Shown piece after piece: positions 37,501-52,500 of a DNA stretch of 64,000 nt. A model generated the notes under the pieces. That model worked only from the letters and a program-made list of their open reading frames with translations, had not been told where the DNA came from and ran no database searches. The position numbers were made by a program, and so were the translations under genes. How positions within the stretch are numbered: position 1 is the stretch's first letter; each line of letters opens with the position of its first letter. Source of the DNA: Eledone cirrhosa (taxonomy: Eukaryota); assembly GCA_964016885.1 (NCBI GenBank), contig OZ024740.1:11966001-12030000 (forward strand), written 5' to 3'.

Positions 37501-40500
37501 GAGAATTCTGGCTGGATATGGCTGGTTTGAACAGAAAGAAATGAGAGAATTCTGGCCAGATTTGGCTGGTTTGTACAGAAAGATGTGAATGAAATCTGGC
37601 TGGATATGGCCAGTTTGAACAGAAAGAGGTGAGAGAATTCTGGCTGGATATGGCTGTTTTGAACAGAAAGAGGTGAGAGAATTCTGGCCAGATATGGCTG
37701 GTTTGAACAGAAAGAGGTGAGAGAATTCTGGCTGGATATGGCCAGTTTGAACAGAAAGAGGTGAGAGAATTCTGGCCAGATATGGCTGGTTTGAACAGAA
37801 AGAGGTGAGAGAATTCTGGCTGGATATGGCCAGTTTGAACAGAGATAAGTGAGAGAATTCTGGCTGGATATGGCTGGTTTGAACAGAAAGAAATGAGATA
37901 ATTCTGGCTGGATATGGCCAGTTTGAACAGAAAGAGGCGAGAGAATTCTGGCTGGATATGGCTGGGTTGAACAGAAAGAGGTGAGAAAATTCTGGCTGGA
38001 TATGGCTGGTTTGAACAGAAAGAGGTGAGAGAATTCTGGCCAGATATGGCTGGTTTGAACAGAAAGAGGTGAGAGAATTCTGGCTGGATATGGCCAGTTT
38101 GAACAGAAAGAGGTGAAAGAATTCTGGCCAGATATGGCTGGTTTGAACAGAAAGAGGTGAGATAATTCTGGCTGGATATGGCCAGTTTGAACAGAAAGAG
38201 GTGAGTGAATTCTGGCTGGATATGGCTGGTTTGAACAGAAAGAGGTAAGAGAATTCTGGCTGGATATGGCCAGTTTGAACAGAAAGAAGTGAGAGAATTC
38301 TGGCTGGCTATGGCTGGTTTGAACAGAAAGAAATGAGAGAATTCTGGCTGGATATTGGCTGGTTTGAACAGAAAGAGGTGAGAGAATTCTGACTGGATAT
38401 GGCTGGTTTGAACAGAAAGAAGTGAGAGAATTCTGGCTGGTTTGAAAAGAAAGAAGTGAGAGAATTCTGGCTGGTTTGAACGGAAAGAGGTGAGAGATTT
38501 CTGGCTGGATATGGCTGGTTTGAACAGAAAGAAATGAGGGAATTCTGGCCAGATATGGCTGGTTTGAACAGAAAGAGCTGAGAGAATTCTGGCTGGATCT
38601 GGCTGGTTTGAACAGAAAGAGCTGAGAGAATTCTGGCTGGATATGGCTGGTTTGAACAGAAAGAAATGAGAGAATTCTGGCCAGATTTGGCTGGTTTGTA
38701 CAGAAAGATGTGAATGAAATCTGGCTGGATATGGCCAGTTTGAACAGAAAGAGGTGAGAGAATTCTGGCTGGATATGGCTGGTTTGAACAGAAAGAGGTG
38801 AGAGAATTCTGGCCAGATATGGCTGGTTTGAACAGAAAGAGGTGAGAGAATTCTGGCTGGATATGCCCAGTTTGAACAGAAAGAGGTGAGAGAATTCTGG
38901 CCAGATATGGCTGGTTTGAACAGAAAGAGGTGAGAGAATTCTGGCTGGATATGGCCAGTCTGAACAGAGAGAAGTGAGAGAATTCTGGCTGGATATGGCT
39001 GGTTTGAACAGAAAGAAATGAGAGAATTCTGGCTGGATATGGCCAGTTTGAACAGAAAGAGGCGAGAGAATTCTGGCTGGATATGGCTGGTTTGAACAGA
39101 AAGAGGTGAGAAAATTCTGGCTGGATATGGCTGGTTTGAACAGAAAGAGGTGAGAGAATTCTGGCCAGATATGGCTGGTTTGAACAGAAAGAGGTGAGAG
39201 AATTCTGGCTGGATATGGCCAGTTTGAACAGAAAGAGGTGAGAGAATTCTGGACAGATATGGCTGGTTTGAACAGAAAGAGGTGAGATAATTCTGGCTGG
39301 ATATGGCCAGTTTGAACAGAAAGAAGTGAGTGAATTCTGGCTGGATATGGCTGGTTTGAACAGAAAGAGCTGAGAGAATTCTGGCTGGATATGGCTGGTT
39401 TGAACAGAAAGAAATGAGAGAATTCTGGCTGGATATGGCTGGTTTGAACAGAAAGAGGTAAGAGATTTCTGGCTGGATATGGCCAGTTTGAACAGAAAGA
39501 GGTGAGTGAATTCTGGCTGGATATGGCTGGTTTGAACAGAAAGAGGTGAGAGAATTCTGGCCAGATATGGCTGGTTTGAACAGAAAGAGGTGAGATAATT
39601 CTGGCTGGATATGGCTGGTTTGAACAGGAAGAAATGAGAGAATTCTGGTCAGATATGGCTGGTTTGAACAGAAAGAGGTGAGTGAAATCTGGCTGGATGT
39701 GGCCAGTTTGAACAGAAAGAAGTGAGAGAATTCTGGCTGGATATGGCTGGTTTGAACAGAAAGAGCTGAGAGAATTCTGGCCAGATATGGCTGGTTTGAA
39801 CAGAAAGAGGTGAGATAATTCTGGCTGGATATGGCCAGTGTGAACAGAAAGAGGTGAGAGAATTCTGGCTGGATATGGCTGGTTTGAACGGAAAGAGGTG
39901 AGAGAATTCTGGCTGGATCTGGCTGGTTTGAACAGAAAGAGCTGAGATAATTCTGGCTGGATATGGCCAGTTTGAACAGAAAGAGGTGAGTGAATTCTGG
40001 CTGGATATGGCTGGTTTAAACAGAAAGAGCTGAGAGAATTCTGGCTGGATATGGCTGGTTTGAACAGAAAGAAATGAGAGAATTCTGGCCAGATATGGTT
40101 GGTTTGAACAGAAAGAGCTGTGAGAATTCTGGCTGGATATGGCTGGTTTGAACAGAAAGAGCTGAGAGAATTCTGGCTGGATATGGCTGGTTTGAACAGA
40201 AAGAAATGAGAGAATTCTGGCCAGATATGGTTGGTTTGAACAGAAAGAGCTGAGAGAATTCTGGCTGGATATGGCTGGTTTGAACAGAAAGAAATGAGAG
40301 AATTCTGGCCAGATTTGGCTGGTTTGTACAGAAAGAGGTGAATGAAATCTGGCTGGATATGGCCAGTTTGAACAGAAAGAGGTGAGAGAATTCTGGCCAG
40401 ATATGGCTGGTTTGAACAGAAAGAGGTGAGATAATTCTGGCTGGATATGGCCAGTTTGAACAGAAAGAGGTGAGTGAATTCTGGCTGGATATGGCTGGTT

Positions 40501-43500
40501 TGAACAGAAAGAGCTGAGAGAATTCTGGCTGGATATGGCTGGTTTGAACAGAAAGAGGTGAGAGAATTCTGGCCAGATATGTCTGGTTTGAACAGAAAGA
40601 GCTGAGAGAATTCTGGCTGGATATGGCCAGTTTGAACAGAAAGAGGTGAGAGAATTCTGGCCAGATATGGCTGGTTTGAACAGAAAGAGGTGAGAGAATT
40701 CTGGCTGGATATGGCTGGTTTGAACAGAAAGAAATGAGAGAATTCTGGCTGGATATGGCTGGTTTGAACAGAAAGAGATGAGAGAATTCTGGCTGGATAT
40801 GGCTGGTTTGAACAGAAAGAGGTGAGAGAATTCTGGCCAGATATGGCTGGTTGGAACAGAAAGAGGTGAGAGAATTCTGGATGGATATGGCTGGTTTGAA
40901 CAGAAAGAGGTGAGAGAATTCTGGCCAGATATGGCTGGTTTGAACAGAAAGAGGTGAGAGAATTCTGGCTGGATATGGCCAGTTTGAACAAAAAGAGGTG
41001 AGAGAATTCTGGCTGGATATGGCCGGTTTGAACAGAAAGAGCTGAGAGAATTCTGGCCAGATATGGCTGGTTTGAACAGAAAGAGGTGAGATAATTCTGG
41101 CTGGATATGGCCAGTTTGAACAGAAAGAGGTGAGTGAATTCTGGCTGGATATGGCTGGTTTGAACAGAAAGAGCTGAGAGAATTCTGGCTGGATATGGCT
41201 GGTTTGAACAGAAAGAAATGAGAGGATTCTGGCCAGATATGGCTGGTTTGAACAGAAAGAAATGAGAGAATTCGGGCCAGATTTGGCTGGTTTGTACAGA
41301 AAGGTGTGAATGAAATCTGGCTGGATATGGCCGGTTTGAACAGAAAGAGGTGAGAGAATTCTGGCCAGATATGGCTGGTTTGAACAGAAAGAGGTGAGGT
41401 AATTCTGGCCAGATATGGCTGGTTTGAACAGAAAGAGGTGAGTGAAATCTGGCTGGATATGGCTGGTTTGAACAGAAAGAGCTGAGAGAATTCTGGCCAG
41501 ATATGGCTGGTTTGAACAGAAAGAGGTGAGATAATTCTGGCTGGATATGGCCAGTTTGAACAGAAAGAGGTGAGAGAATTCTGGCCAGATATGGCTGGTT
41601 TGAACAGAAAGAGGTGAGAGAATTCTGGCTGGATATGGCTGGTTTGAACAGAAAGAAATGAGAGAATTCTGGCTGGATATGGCTGGTTTGAACAGAAAGA
41701 GATGAGAGAATTCTGGCTGGATATGGCTGGTTTGAACAGAAAGAGGTGAGAGAATTCTGGCCAGATATGGCTGGTTGGAACAGAAAGAGGTGAGAGAATT
41801 CTGGATGGATATGGCTGGTTTGAACAGAAAGAGGTGAGAGAATTCTGTCTGGATATGGCCAGCTTGAACAAAAAGAGGTGAGAGAATTCTGGCTGGATAT
41901 GGCCGGTTTGAACAGAAAGAGCTGAGAGAATTCTGGCCAGATATGGCTGGTTTGAACAGAAAGAGGTGAGATAATTCTGGCTGGATATGGCTGGTTTGAA
42001 CAGAAAGAGGTGAGTGAATTCTGGCTGGATATGGCTGGTTTGAACAGAAAGGGGTGAATGAAATCTGGCTGGATATGGCCGGTTTGAACAGAAAGAGGTG
42101 AGAGAATTCTGGCCAGATATGGCTGGTTTGAACAGAAAGAGGTGTGAGAATTCTGGCTGGATATGGCCAGTTTGAACAGAGATAAGTGAGAGAATTCTGG
42201 CTGGATATGGCTGGTTTGAACAGAAAGAAATGAGATAATTCTGGCTGGATATGGCCAGTTTGAACAGAAAGAGGCGAGAGAATTCTGGCTGGATATGGCT
42301 GGGTTGAACAGAAAGAGGTGAGAAAATTCTGGCTGGATATGGCTGGTTTGAACAGAAAGAGGTGAGAGAATTCTGGCCAGATATGGCTGGTTTGAACAGA
42401 AAGAGGTGAGAGAATTCTGGCTGGATATGGCCAGTTTGAACAGAAAGAGGTGAAAGAATTCTGGCCAGATATGGCTGGTTTGAACAGAAAGAGGTGAGAT
42501 AATTCTGGCTGGATATGGCCAGTTTGAACAGAAAGAGGTGAGTGAATTCTGGCTGGATATGGCTGGTTTGAACAGAAAGAGGTAAGAGAATTCTGGCTGG
42601 ATATGGCCAGTTTGAACAGAAAGAAGTGAGAGAATTCTGGCTGGCTATGGCTGGTTTGAACAGAAAGAAATGAGAGAATTCTGGCTGGATATTGGCTGGT
42701 TTGAACAGAAAGAGGTGAGAGAATTCTGACTGGATATGGCTGGTTTGAACAGAAAGAGGTAAGAGAATTCTGGCTGGATACAGCCAGTTTGAACAGAAAG
42801 AAGTGAGAGAATTCTGGCTGGCTATGGCTGGTTTGAACAGAAAGAAATGAGAGAATTCTGGCTGGATATTGGCTGGTTTGAACAGAAAGAGGTGAGAGAA
42901 TTCTGACTGGATATGGCTGGTTTGAACAGAAAGAAGTGAGAGAATTCTGGCCAGATATGGCTGGTTTGAACAGAAAGAGGTGAGAGAATTCTGGCTGGAT
43001 ATGCCCAGTTTGAACAGAAAGAGGTGAGAGAATTCTGGCCAGATATGGCTGGTTTGAACAGAAAGAGGTGAGAGAATTCTGGCTGGATATGGCCAGTCTG
43101 AACAGAGAGAAGTGAGAGAATTCTGGCTGGATATGGCTGGTTTGAACAGAAAGAAATGAGAGAATTCTGGCTGGATATGGCCAGTTTGAACAGAAAGAGG
43201 CGAGAGAATTCTGGCTGGATATGGCTGGTTTGAACAGAAAGGGGTGAGAAAATTCTGGCTGGATATGGCTGGTTTGAACAGAAAGAGGTGAGAGAATTCT
43301 GGCCAGATATGGCTGGTTTGAACAGAAAGAGGTGAGAGAATTCTGGCTGGATATGGCCAGTTTGAACAGAAAGAGGTGAGAGAATTCTGGACAGATATGG
43401 CTGGTTTGAACAGAAAGAGGTGAGATAATTCTGGCTGGATATGGCCAGTTTGAACAGAAAGAAGTGAGTGAATTCTGGCTGGATATGGCTGGTTTGAACA

Positions 43501-46500
43501 GAAAGAGGTAAGAGAATTCTGGCTGGATATGGCCAGTTTGAACAGAAAGAGGTGAGATAATTCTGGCTGGATATGGCTGGTTTGAACAGAAAGAAATGAG
43601 AGAATTCTGGCTGGATATGGCTGGTTTGAACAGAAAGAGGTAAGAGATTTCTGGCTGGATATGGCCAGTTTGAACAGAAAGAGGTGAGTGAATTCTGGCT
43701 GGATATGGCAGGTTTGAACAGAAAGAGGTGAGAGAATTCTGGCTGGATATGGCTGGTTTGAACAGAAAGAAGTGAGAGAATTCTGGCTGGATATGGCTGG
43801 TTTGAACAGAAAGAGGTAAATGAATTCTGGCTGGATATGGCTGGTTTGAACAGAAAGAGGTGAGAGAATTGTGGCTGGATATGGCTGGTTTGAACAGAAA
43901 GAAATGAGAGAATTCTGGCTGGATATGGCCAGTTTGAACAGAAAGAGGTAAGAGAATTCTGGCTGGATATGGCTGGTTTGTACAGAAAGAGGTGAGAGAA
44001 TTCTGGCTGGATATGGCTGGTTTGAACAGAAAGAAATGAGAGAATTCTGGCCAGATATGGCTGGTTTGAACAGAAAGAGCTGAGAGAATTCTGGCTGGAT
44101 ATGGCTGGTTTGAACAGAAAGAGCTGAGAGAATTCTGGCTGGATATGGCTGGTTTGAACAGAAAGAAATGAGAGAATTCTGGCCAGATATGGTTGGTTTG
44201 AACAGAAAGAGCTGAGAGAATTCTGGCTGGATATGGCTGGTTTGAACAGAAAGAAATGAGAGAATTCTGGCCAGATTTGGCTGGTTTGTACAGAAAGAGG
44301 TGAATGAAATCTGGCTGGATATGGCCAGTTTGAACAGAAAGAGGTGAGAGAATTCTGGCCAGATATGGCTGGTTTGAACAGAAAGAGGTGAGATAATTCT
44401 GGCTGGATATGGCCAGTTTGAACAGAAAGAGGTGAGTGAATTCTGGCTGGATATGGCTGGTTTGAACAGAAAGAGCTGAGAGAATTCTGGCTGGATATGG
44501 CTGGTTTGAACAGAAAGAGGTGAGAGAATTCTGGCCAGATATGTCTGGTTTGAACAGAAAGAGCTGAGAGAATTCTGGCTGGATATGGCCAGTTTGAACA
44601 GAAAGAGGTGAGAGAATTCTGGCCAGATATGGCTGGTTTGAACAGAAAGAGGTGAGAGAATTCTGGCTGGATATGGCTGGTTTGAACAGAAAGAAATGAG
44701 AGAATTCTGGCTGGATATGGCTGGTTTGAACAGAAAGAGATGAGAGAATTCTGGCTGGATATGGCTGGTTTGAACAGAAAGAGGTGAGAGAATTCTGGCC
44801 AGATATGGCTGGTTGGAACAGAAAGAGGTGAGAGAATTCTGGATGGATATGGCTGGTTTGAACAGAAAGAGGTGAGAGAATTCTGGCCAGATATGGCTGG
44901 TTTGAACAGAAAGAGGTGAGAGAATTCTGGCTGGATATGCCCAGTTTGAACAGAAAGAGGTGAGAGAATTCTGGCCAGATATGGCTGGTTTGAACAGAAA
45001 GAGGTGAGGTAATTCTGGCCAGATATGGCTGGTTTGAACAGAAAGAGGTGAGTGAAATCTGGCTGGATATGGCTGGTTTGAACAGAAAGAAATGAGAGAA
45101 TTCTGGCTGGATATGGCTGGTTTGAACAGAAAGAAATGAGATAATTCTGGCTGGATATGGCCAGTTTGAACAGAAAGAGGCGAGAGAATTCTGGCTGGAT
45201 ATGGCTGGGTTGAACAGAAAGAGGTGAGAAAATTCTGGCCAGATATGGCTGGTTTGAACAGAAAGAGGTGAGGTAATTCTGGCCAGATATGGCTGGTTTG
45301 AACAGAAAGAGGTGAGTGAAATCTGGCTGGATATGGCTGGTTTGAACAGAAAGAAATGAGAGAATTCTGGCCAGATTTGGCTGGTTTGTACAGAAAGAAA
45401 TGAGAGAATTCTGGCCAGATATGGCTGGTTTGAACAGAAAGAAATGAGAGAATTCGGGCCAGATTTGGCTGGTTTAAACAGAAAGAGCTGAGAGAATTCT
45501 GGCTGGATATGGCTGGTTTGAACAGAAAGAAATGAGAGAATTCTGGCCAGATATGGTTGGTTTGAACAGAAAGAGCTGAGAGAATTCTGGCTGGATATGG
45601 CTGGTTTAAACAGAAAGAGCTGAGAGAATTCTGGCTGGATATGGCTGGTTTGAACAGAAAGAAATGAGAGAATTCTGGCCAGATTTGGCTGGTTTGTACA
45701 GAAAGATGTGAATGAAATCTGGCTGGATATGGCCAGTTTGAACAGAAAGAGGTGAGAGAATTCTGGCTGGATATGGCTGTTTTGAACAGAAAGAGGTGAG
45801 AGAATTCTGGCCAGATATGGCTGGTTTGAACAGAAAGAGGTGAGAGAATTCTGGCTGGATATGGCTGGTTTGAACAGAGATAAGTGAGAGAATTCTGGCT
45901 GGATATGGCTGGTTTGAACAGAAAGAAATGAGGTAATTCTGGCTGGATATGGCCAGTTTGAACAGAAAGAGGCGAGAGAATTCTGGCTGGATATGGCTGG
46001 GTTGAACAGAAAGAGGTGAGAGAATTCTGGCTGGATATGGCTGGTTTGAACAGAGATAAGTGAGAGAATTCTGGCCAGATATGGCTGGTTTGAACAGAAA
46101 GAGGTGAGATAATTCTGGCTGGATATGGCCAGTTTGAACAGAAAGAGGTGAGTGAATTCTGGCTGGATATGGCTGGTTTGAACAGAAAGAGGTAAGAGAA
46201 TTCTGGCTGGATATGGCCAGTTTGAACAGAAAGAAGTGAGAGAATTCTGGCTGGATATGGCCAGTTTGAACAGAAAGAGGTGAAAGAATTCTGGCCAGAT
46301 ATGGCTGGTTTGAACAGAAAGAGGTGAGATAATTCTGGCTGGATATGGCCAGTTTGAACAGAAAGAGGTGAGTGAATTCTGGCTGGATATGGCTGGTTTG
46401 AACAGAAAGAGGTAAGAGAATTCTGGCTGGATATGGCCAGTTTGAACAGAAAGAAGTGAGAGAATTCTGGCTGGATATGGCCAGTTTGAACAGAAAGAGG

Positions 46501-49500
46501 TGAAAGAATTCTGGCCAGATATGGCTGGTTTGAACAGAAAGAGGTGAGATAATTCTGACTGGATATGGCTGGTTTGAACAGAAAGAAGTGAGAGAATTCT
46601 GGCCAGATATGGCTGGTTTGAACAGAAAGAGGTGAGAGAATTCTGGCTGGATATGCCCAGTTTGAACAGAAAGAGGTGAGAGAATTCTGGCCAGATATGG
46701 CTGGTTTGAACAGAAAGAGGTGAGAGAATTCTGGCTGGATATGGCCAGTCTGAACAGAGAGAAGTGAGAGAATTCTGGCTGGATATGGCTGGTTTGAACA
46801 GAAAGAAATGAGAGAATTCTGGCTGGATATGGCCAGTTTGAACAGAAAGAGGCGAGAGAATTCTGGCTGGATATGGCTGGTTTGAACAGAAAGAGGTGAG
46901 AAAATTCTGGCTGGATATGGCTGGTTTGAACAGAAAGAGGTGAGAGAATTCTGGCCAGATATGGCTGGTTTGAACAGAAAGAGGTGAGAGAATTCTGGCT
47001 GGATATGGCCAGTTTGAACAGAAAGAGGTGAGAGAATTCTGGACAGATATGGCTGGTTTGAACAGAAAGAGGTGAGATAATTCTGGCTGGATATGGCCAG
47101 TTTGAACAGAAAGAAGTGAGTGAATTCTGGCTGGATATGGCTGGTTTGAACAGAAAGAGGTAAGAGAATTCTGGCTGGATATGGCCAGTTTGAACAGAAA
47201 GAGGTGACATAATTCTGGCTGGATATGGCTGGTTTGAACAGAAAGAAATGAGAGAATTCTGGCTGGATATGGCTGGTTTGAACAGAAAGAGGTAAGAGAT
47301 TTCTGGCTGGATATGGCCAGTTTGAACAGAAAGAGGTGAGTGAATTCTGGCTGGATATGGCAGGTTTGAACAGAAAGAGGTGAGAGAATTCTGGCTGGAT
47401 ATGGCTGGTTTGAACAGAAAGAAGTGAGAGAATTCTGGCTGGATATGGCTGGTTTGAACAGAAAGAGGTAAATGAATTCTGGCTGGATATGGCTGGTTTG
47501 AACAGAAAGAGGTGAGAGAATTGTGGCTGGATATGGCTGGTTTGAACAGAAAGAAATGAGAGAATTCTGGCTGGATATGGCCAGTTTGAACAGAAAGAGG
47601 TAAGAGAATTCTGGCTGGATATGGCTGGTTTGTACAGAAAGAGGTGAGAGAATTCTGGCTGGATATGGCTGGTTTGAACAGAAAGAAATGAGAGAATTCT
47701 GGCCAGATATGGCTGGTTTGAACAGAAAGAGCTGAGAGAATTCTGGCTGGATATGGCTGGTTTGAACAGAAAGAGCTGAGAGAATTCTGGCTGGATATGG
47801 CTGGTTTGAACAGAAAGAGCTGAGAGAATTCTGGCTGGATGTGGCTGGTTTGAACAGAAAGAGGTGAGAGAATTCTGGCTGGATATGGCTGGATACAGCC
47901 AGTTTGAACAGAAAGAGGTAAGAGAATTCTGGCCAGATATGGCTGGTTTGAACAGAAAGAGGTGAGATAATTCTGGCTGGATATGGCCAGTTTCAACAGA
48001 AAGAGGTGAGAGAATTCTGGCCAGATATGGCTGGTTTGAACAGAAAGAGGTGAGAGAATTCTGGCTGGATATGGCCAGTTTGAACAGAAAGAGGTGAGAG
48101 AATTCTGGCCAGATATGGCTGGTTTGAACAGAAAGAGGTGAGAGAATTCTGGCTGGATATGGCCAGTCTGAACAGAGAGAAGTGAGAGAATTCTGGCTGG
48201 ATATGGCTGGTTTGAACAGAAAGAAATGAGAGAATTCTGGCTGGATATGGCCAGTTTGAACAGAAAGAGGCGAGAGAATTCTGGCTGGATATGGCTGGTT
48301 TGAACAGAAAGAGGTGAGAAAATTCTGGCTGGATATGGCTGGTTTGAACAGAAAGAGGTGAGAGAATTCTGGCCAGATATGGCTGGTTTGAACAGAAAGA
48401 GGTGAGAGAATTCTGGACAGATATGGCTGGTTTGAACAGAAAGAGGTGAGATAATTCTGGCTGGATATGGCCAGTTTGAACAGAAAGAAGTGAGTGAATT
48501 CTGGCTGGATATGGCTGGTTTGAACAGAAAGAGGTAAGAGAATTCTGGCTGGATATGGCCAGTTTGAACAGAAAGAAGTGAGTGAATTCTGGCTGGATAT
48601 GGCTGGTTTGAACAGAAAGAGGTAAGAGAATTCTGGCTGGATATGGCCAGTTTGAACAGAAAGAGGTGAGATAATTCTGGCTGGATATGGCTGGTTTGAA
48701 CAGAAAGAAATGAGAGAATTCTGGCTGGATATGGCTGGTTTGAACAGAAAGAGGTAAGAGATTTCTGGCTGGATATGGCCAGTTTGAACAGAAAGAGGTG
48801 AGTGAATTCTGGCTGGATATGGCTGGTTTGAACAGAAAGAGGTGAGAGAATTCTGGCTGGATATGGTTGGTTTGAACAGAAAGAAGTGAGAGAATTCTGG
48901 CTGGATATGGCTGGTTTGAACAGAAAGAGGTAAATGAATTCTGGCTGGATATGGCTGGTTTGAACAGAAAGAGGTGAGAGAATTGTGGCTGGATATGGCT
49001 GGTTTGAACAGAAAGAAATGAGAGAATTCTGGCTGGATATGGCCAGTTTGAACAGAAAGAGGTAAGAGAATTCTGGCTGGATATGGCTGGTTTGTACAGA
49101 AAGAGGTGAGAGAATTCTGGCTGGATATGGCTGGTTTGAACAGAAAGAAATGAGAGAATTCTGGCCAGATATGGCTGGTTTGAACAGAAAGAGCTGAGAG
49201 AATTCTGGCTGGATATGGCTGGTTTGAACAGAAAGAGCTGAGAGAATTCTGGCTGGATATGGCTGGTTTGAACAGAAAGAGCTGAGAGAATTCTGGCTGG
49301 ATGTGGCTGGTTTGAACAGAAAGAGGTGAGAGAATTCTGGCTGGATATGGCTGGTTTGAACAGAAAGAAATGAGAGGATTCTGGCCAGATATGGCTGGTT
49401 TGAACAGAAAGAGGTGAGAGAATTCTGGCTGGATATGGCTGGTTTGAACAGAAAGAGGTGAGAGAATTCTGGCTGGATACAGCCAGTTTGAACAGAAAGA

Positions 49501-52500
49501 GGTAAGAGAATTCTGGCCAGATATGGCTGGTTTGAACAGAAAGAGGTGAGATAATTCTGGCTGGATATGGCCAGTTTCAACAGAAAGAGGTGAGTGAATT
49601 CTGGCTCGATATGGCTGGTTTGAACAGAAAGAGGTAAGAGAATTCTGGCTGGATATGGCTGGTTTGAACAGAAAGAGGTAAGAGAATTCTGGCTGGATAT
49701 GGCTGGTTTGTACAGAAAGAAATGAGAGAATTCTGGCTGGATATTGGCTGGTTTGAACAGAAAGAAATGAGAGAATTCTGGCTGGATATTGGCTGGTTTG
49801 AACAGAAAGAGGTGAGAGAATTCTGACTGGATATGGCTGGTTTGAACAGAAAGAGTTGAGAGAATTCTGCCTGTATATGGCTGGTCTGAACAGAAAGAGG
49901 TGAGAGATTTCTGGCTGGATATGGCTGGTTTGAACAGAAAGAAGTGAGAGAATTCTGGCTGGATATGGCTGGCTTGAACAGAAAGAGGTGAGAGATTTCT
50001 GGCTGGATATGGCTGGTGTAAACAGAAAGAGGTGAGAGATTTCTGGCTGGATATGGCTGGTTTGAACAGAAAGAAGTGAGCGAATTCTGGCTGGATATGG
50101 CTGGTTTGAACAGAAAGAGGTAAGAGAATTCTGGCTGGATATGGCTGGTTTGAACAGAAAGAGGTAAGAGAATTCTGGCTGGATATGGCTGGTTTGAACA
50201 GAAAGAGGTAAGAGAATTCTGGCTGGATATGGCTGGTTTGAACAGAAAGAGGTGAGAGAATTCTGGCTGGATATGGCTGGTTTGAACAGAAAGAAGTGAG
50301 AGAATTCTGGCTGGATATGGCTGGCTTGAACAGAAAGAGGTGAGAGAATTCTGGCTGGATATGGCTGGTTTGAACAGAAAGAGGTGAGAGAATTCTGGCT
50401 GGATATGGCTGGTTTGAACAGAAAGAGGTGAGAGATTTCTGGCTGGATATGGCTGGTTTGAACAGAAAGAAGTGAGCGAATTCTGGCTGGACATGGCTGG
50501 TTTGAACAGAAAGAGGTGAGAGAATTCTGGCCAGATATGGCTGGTTTGAACAGAAAGAGGTGAGAGAATTCTGGCTGGATATGGCCAGTTTGAACAGAAA
50601 GAGGTGAGAGAATTCTGGCCAGATATGGCTGGTTTGAACAGAAAGAGGTGAGATAATTCTGGCTGGATATGGCCAGTTTGAACAGAAAGAAGTGAGTGAA
50701 TTCTGGCTGGATATGGCTGGTTTAAACAGAAAGAGGTGAGAGAATTCTGGCTGGATATTGGCTGGTTTGAACAGAAAGAGGTGAGAGAATTCTGGCTGGA
50801 TATTGGCTGGTTTGAATAGAAAGAGGTAAGAGATTTCTGGCAGGATATGGCCAGTTTGAACAGAAAGAGGTGAGTGAATTCTGGCCAGATATGGCTGGTT
50901 TGAACAGAAAGAGGTAAGAGAATTCTGGCTGGATATGGCCAGTTTGAACAGAAAGAAGTGAGAGAATTCTGGCTGGATATGGCTGGTTTGAACAGAAAGA
51001 AATGAGAGAATTCTGGCTGGATATTGGCTGGTTTGAACAGAAAGAGGTGAGAGAATTCTGACTGGATATGGCTGGTTTGAACAGAAAGAGTTAAGAGATT
51101 TCTGGCTGGATATGGCCAGTTTGAACAGAAAGAGGTGAGTGAATTCTGGCTGGATATGGCTGGTTTGAACAGAAAGAGGTGAGAGAATTCTGGCTGGATA
51201 TGGCTGGTTTGAACAGAAAGAAGTGAGAGAATTCTGGCTGGATATGGCTGGTTTGAACAGAAAGAGGTGAGAGAATTCTGGCTGGATATGGCTGGCTTGA
51301 ACAGAAAGAGGTGAGAGAATTCTGGCTGGATATGGCTGGTTTGAACAGAAAGAGGTGAGAGAATTCTGGCTGGATATGGCTGGTTTGAACAGAAAGAGGT
51401 GAGAGATTTCTGGCTGGATATGGCTGGTTTGAACAGAAAGAAGTGAGCGAATTCTGGCTGGACATGGCTGGTTTGAACAGAAAGAGGTGAGAGAATTCTG
51501 GCCAGATATGGCTGGTTTGAACAGAAAGAGGTGAGAGAATTCTGGCTGGATATGGCCAGTTTGAACAGAAAGAGGTGAGAGAATTCTGGCCAGATATGGC
51601 TGGTTTGAACAGAAAGAGGTGAGATAATTCTGGCTGGATATGGCCAGTTTGAACAGAAAGAAGTGAGTGAATTCTGGCTGGATATGGCTGGTTTAAACAG
51701 AAAGAGGTGAGAGAATTCTGGCTGGATATTGGCTGGTTTGAACAGAAAGAGGTGAGAGAAATCTGGCTGGATATTGGCTGGTTTGAATAGAAAGAGGTAA
51801 GAGATTTCTGGCAGGATATGGCCAGTTTGAACAGAAAGAGGTGAGTGAATTCTGGCCAGATATGGCTGGTTTGAACAGAAAGAGGTAAGAGATTTCTGGC
51901 TGGATATGGCCAGTTTGAACAGAAAGAGGTGAGTGAATTCTGGCTGGATATGGCTGGTTTGAACAGAAAGAGGTGAGAGAATTCTGGCTGGATATGGCTG
52001 GTTTGAACAGAAAGAAGTGAGAGAATTCTGGCTGGATATGGCTGGTTTGAACAGAAAGAGGTGAGAGAATTCTGGCTGGATATGGCTGGTTTGAACAGAA
52101 AGAAGTGAGAGAATTCTGGCTGGATATGGCCGGTTTGAACAGAAAGAGGTAAGAGATTTCTGGCTGGATATGGCTGGTTTGAACAGAAAGAAGTGAGAGA
52201 ATTCTGGATGGATATGGCTGGTTTGAACAGAAAGAAATGAGAGAATTCTGGCTGGATATGGCTGGTTTGAACAGAAAGAGGTGAGAGAATTCTGGCTGGA
52301 TATGGCCAGTTTGAACAGAAAGAGGTGAGAGAATTCTGGCTGGATATGGCTGGTTTGAACAGAAACAGGTAAGAGAATTCTGGCTGGATATGGCCAGTTT
52401 GAACAGAAAGAGGTGAGAGAATTCTGGCTGGATATGGCTGGTTTGAACAGAAAGAGGTGAGAGAATTCTGGCTGGATATGGCTGGTTTGAACAGAAAGAG

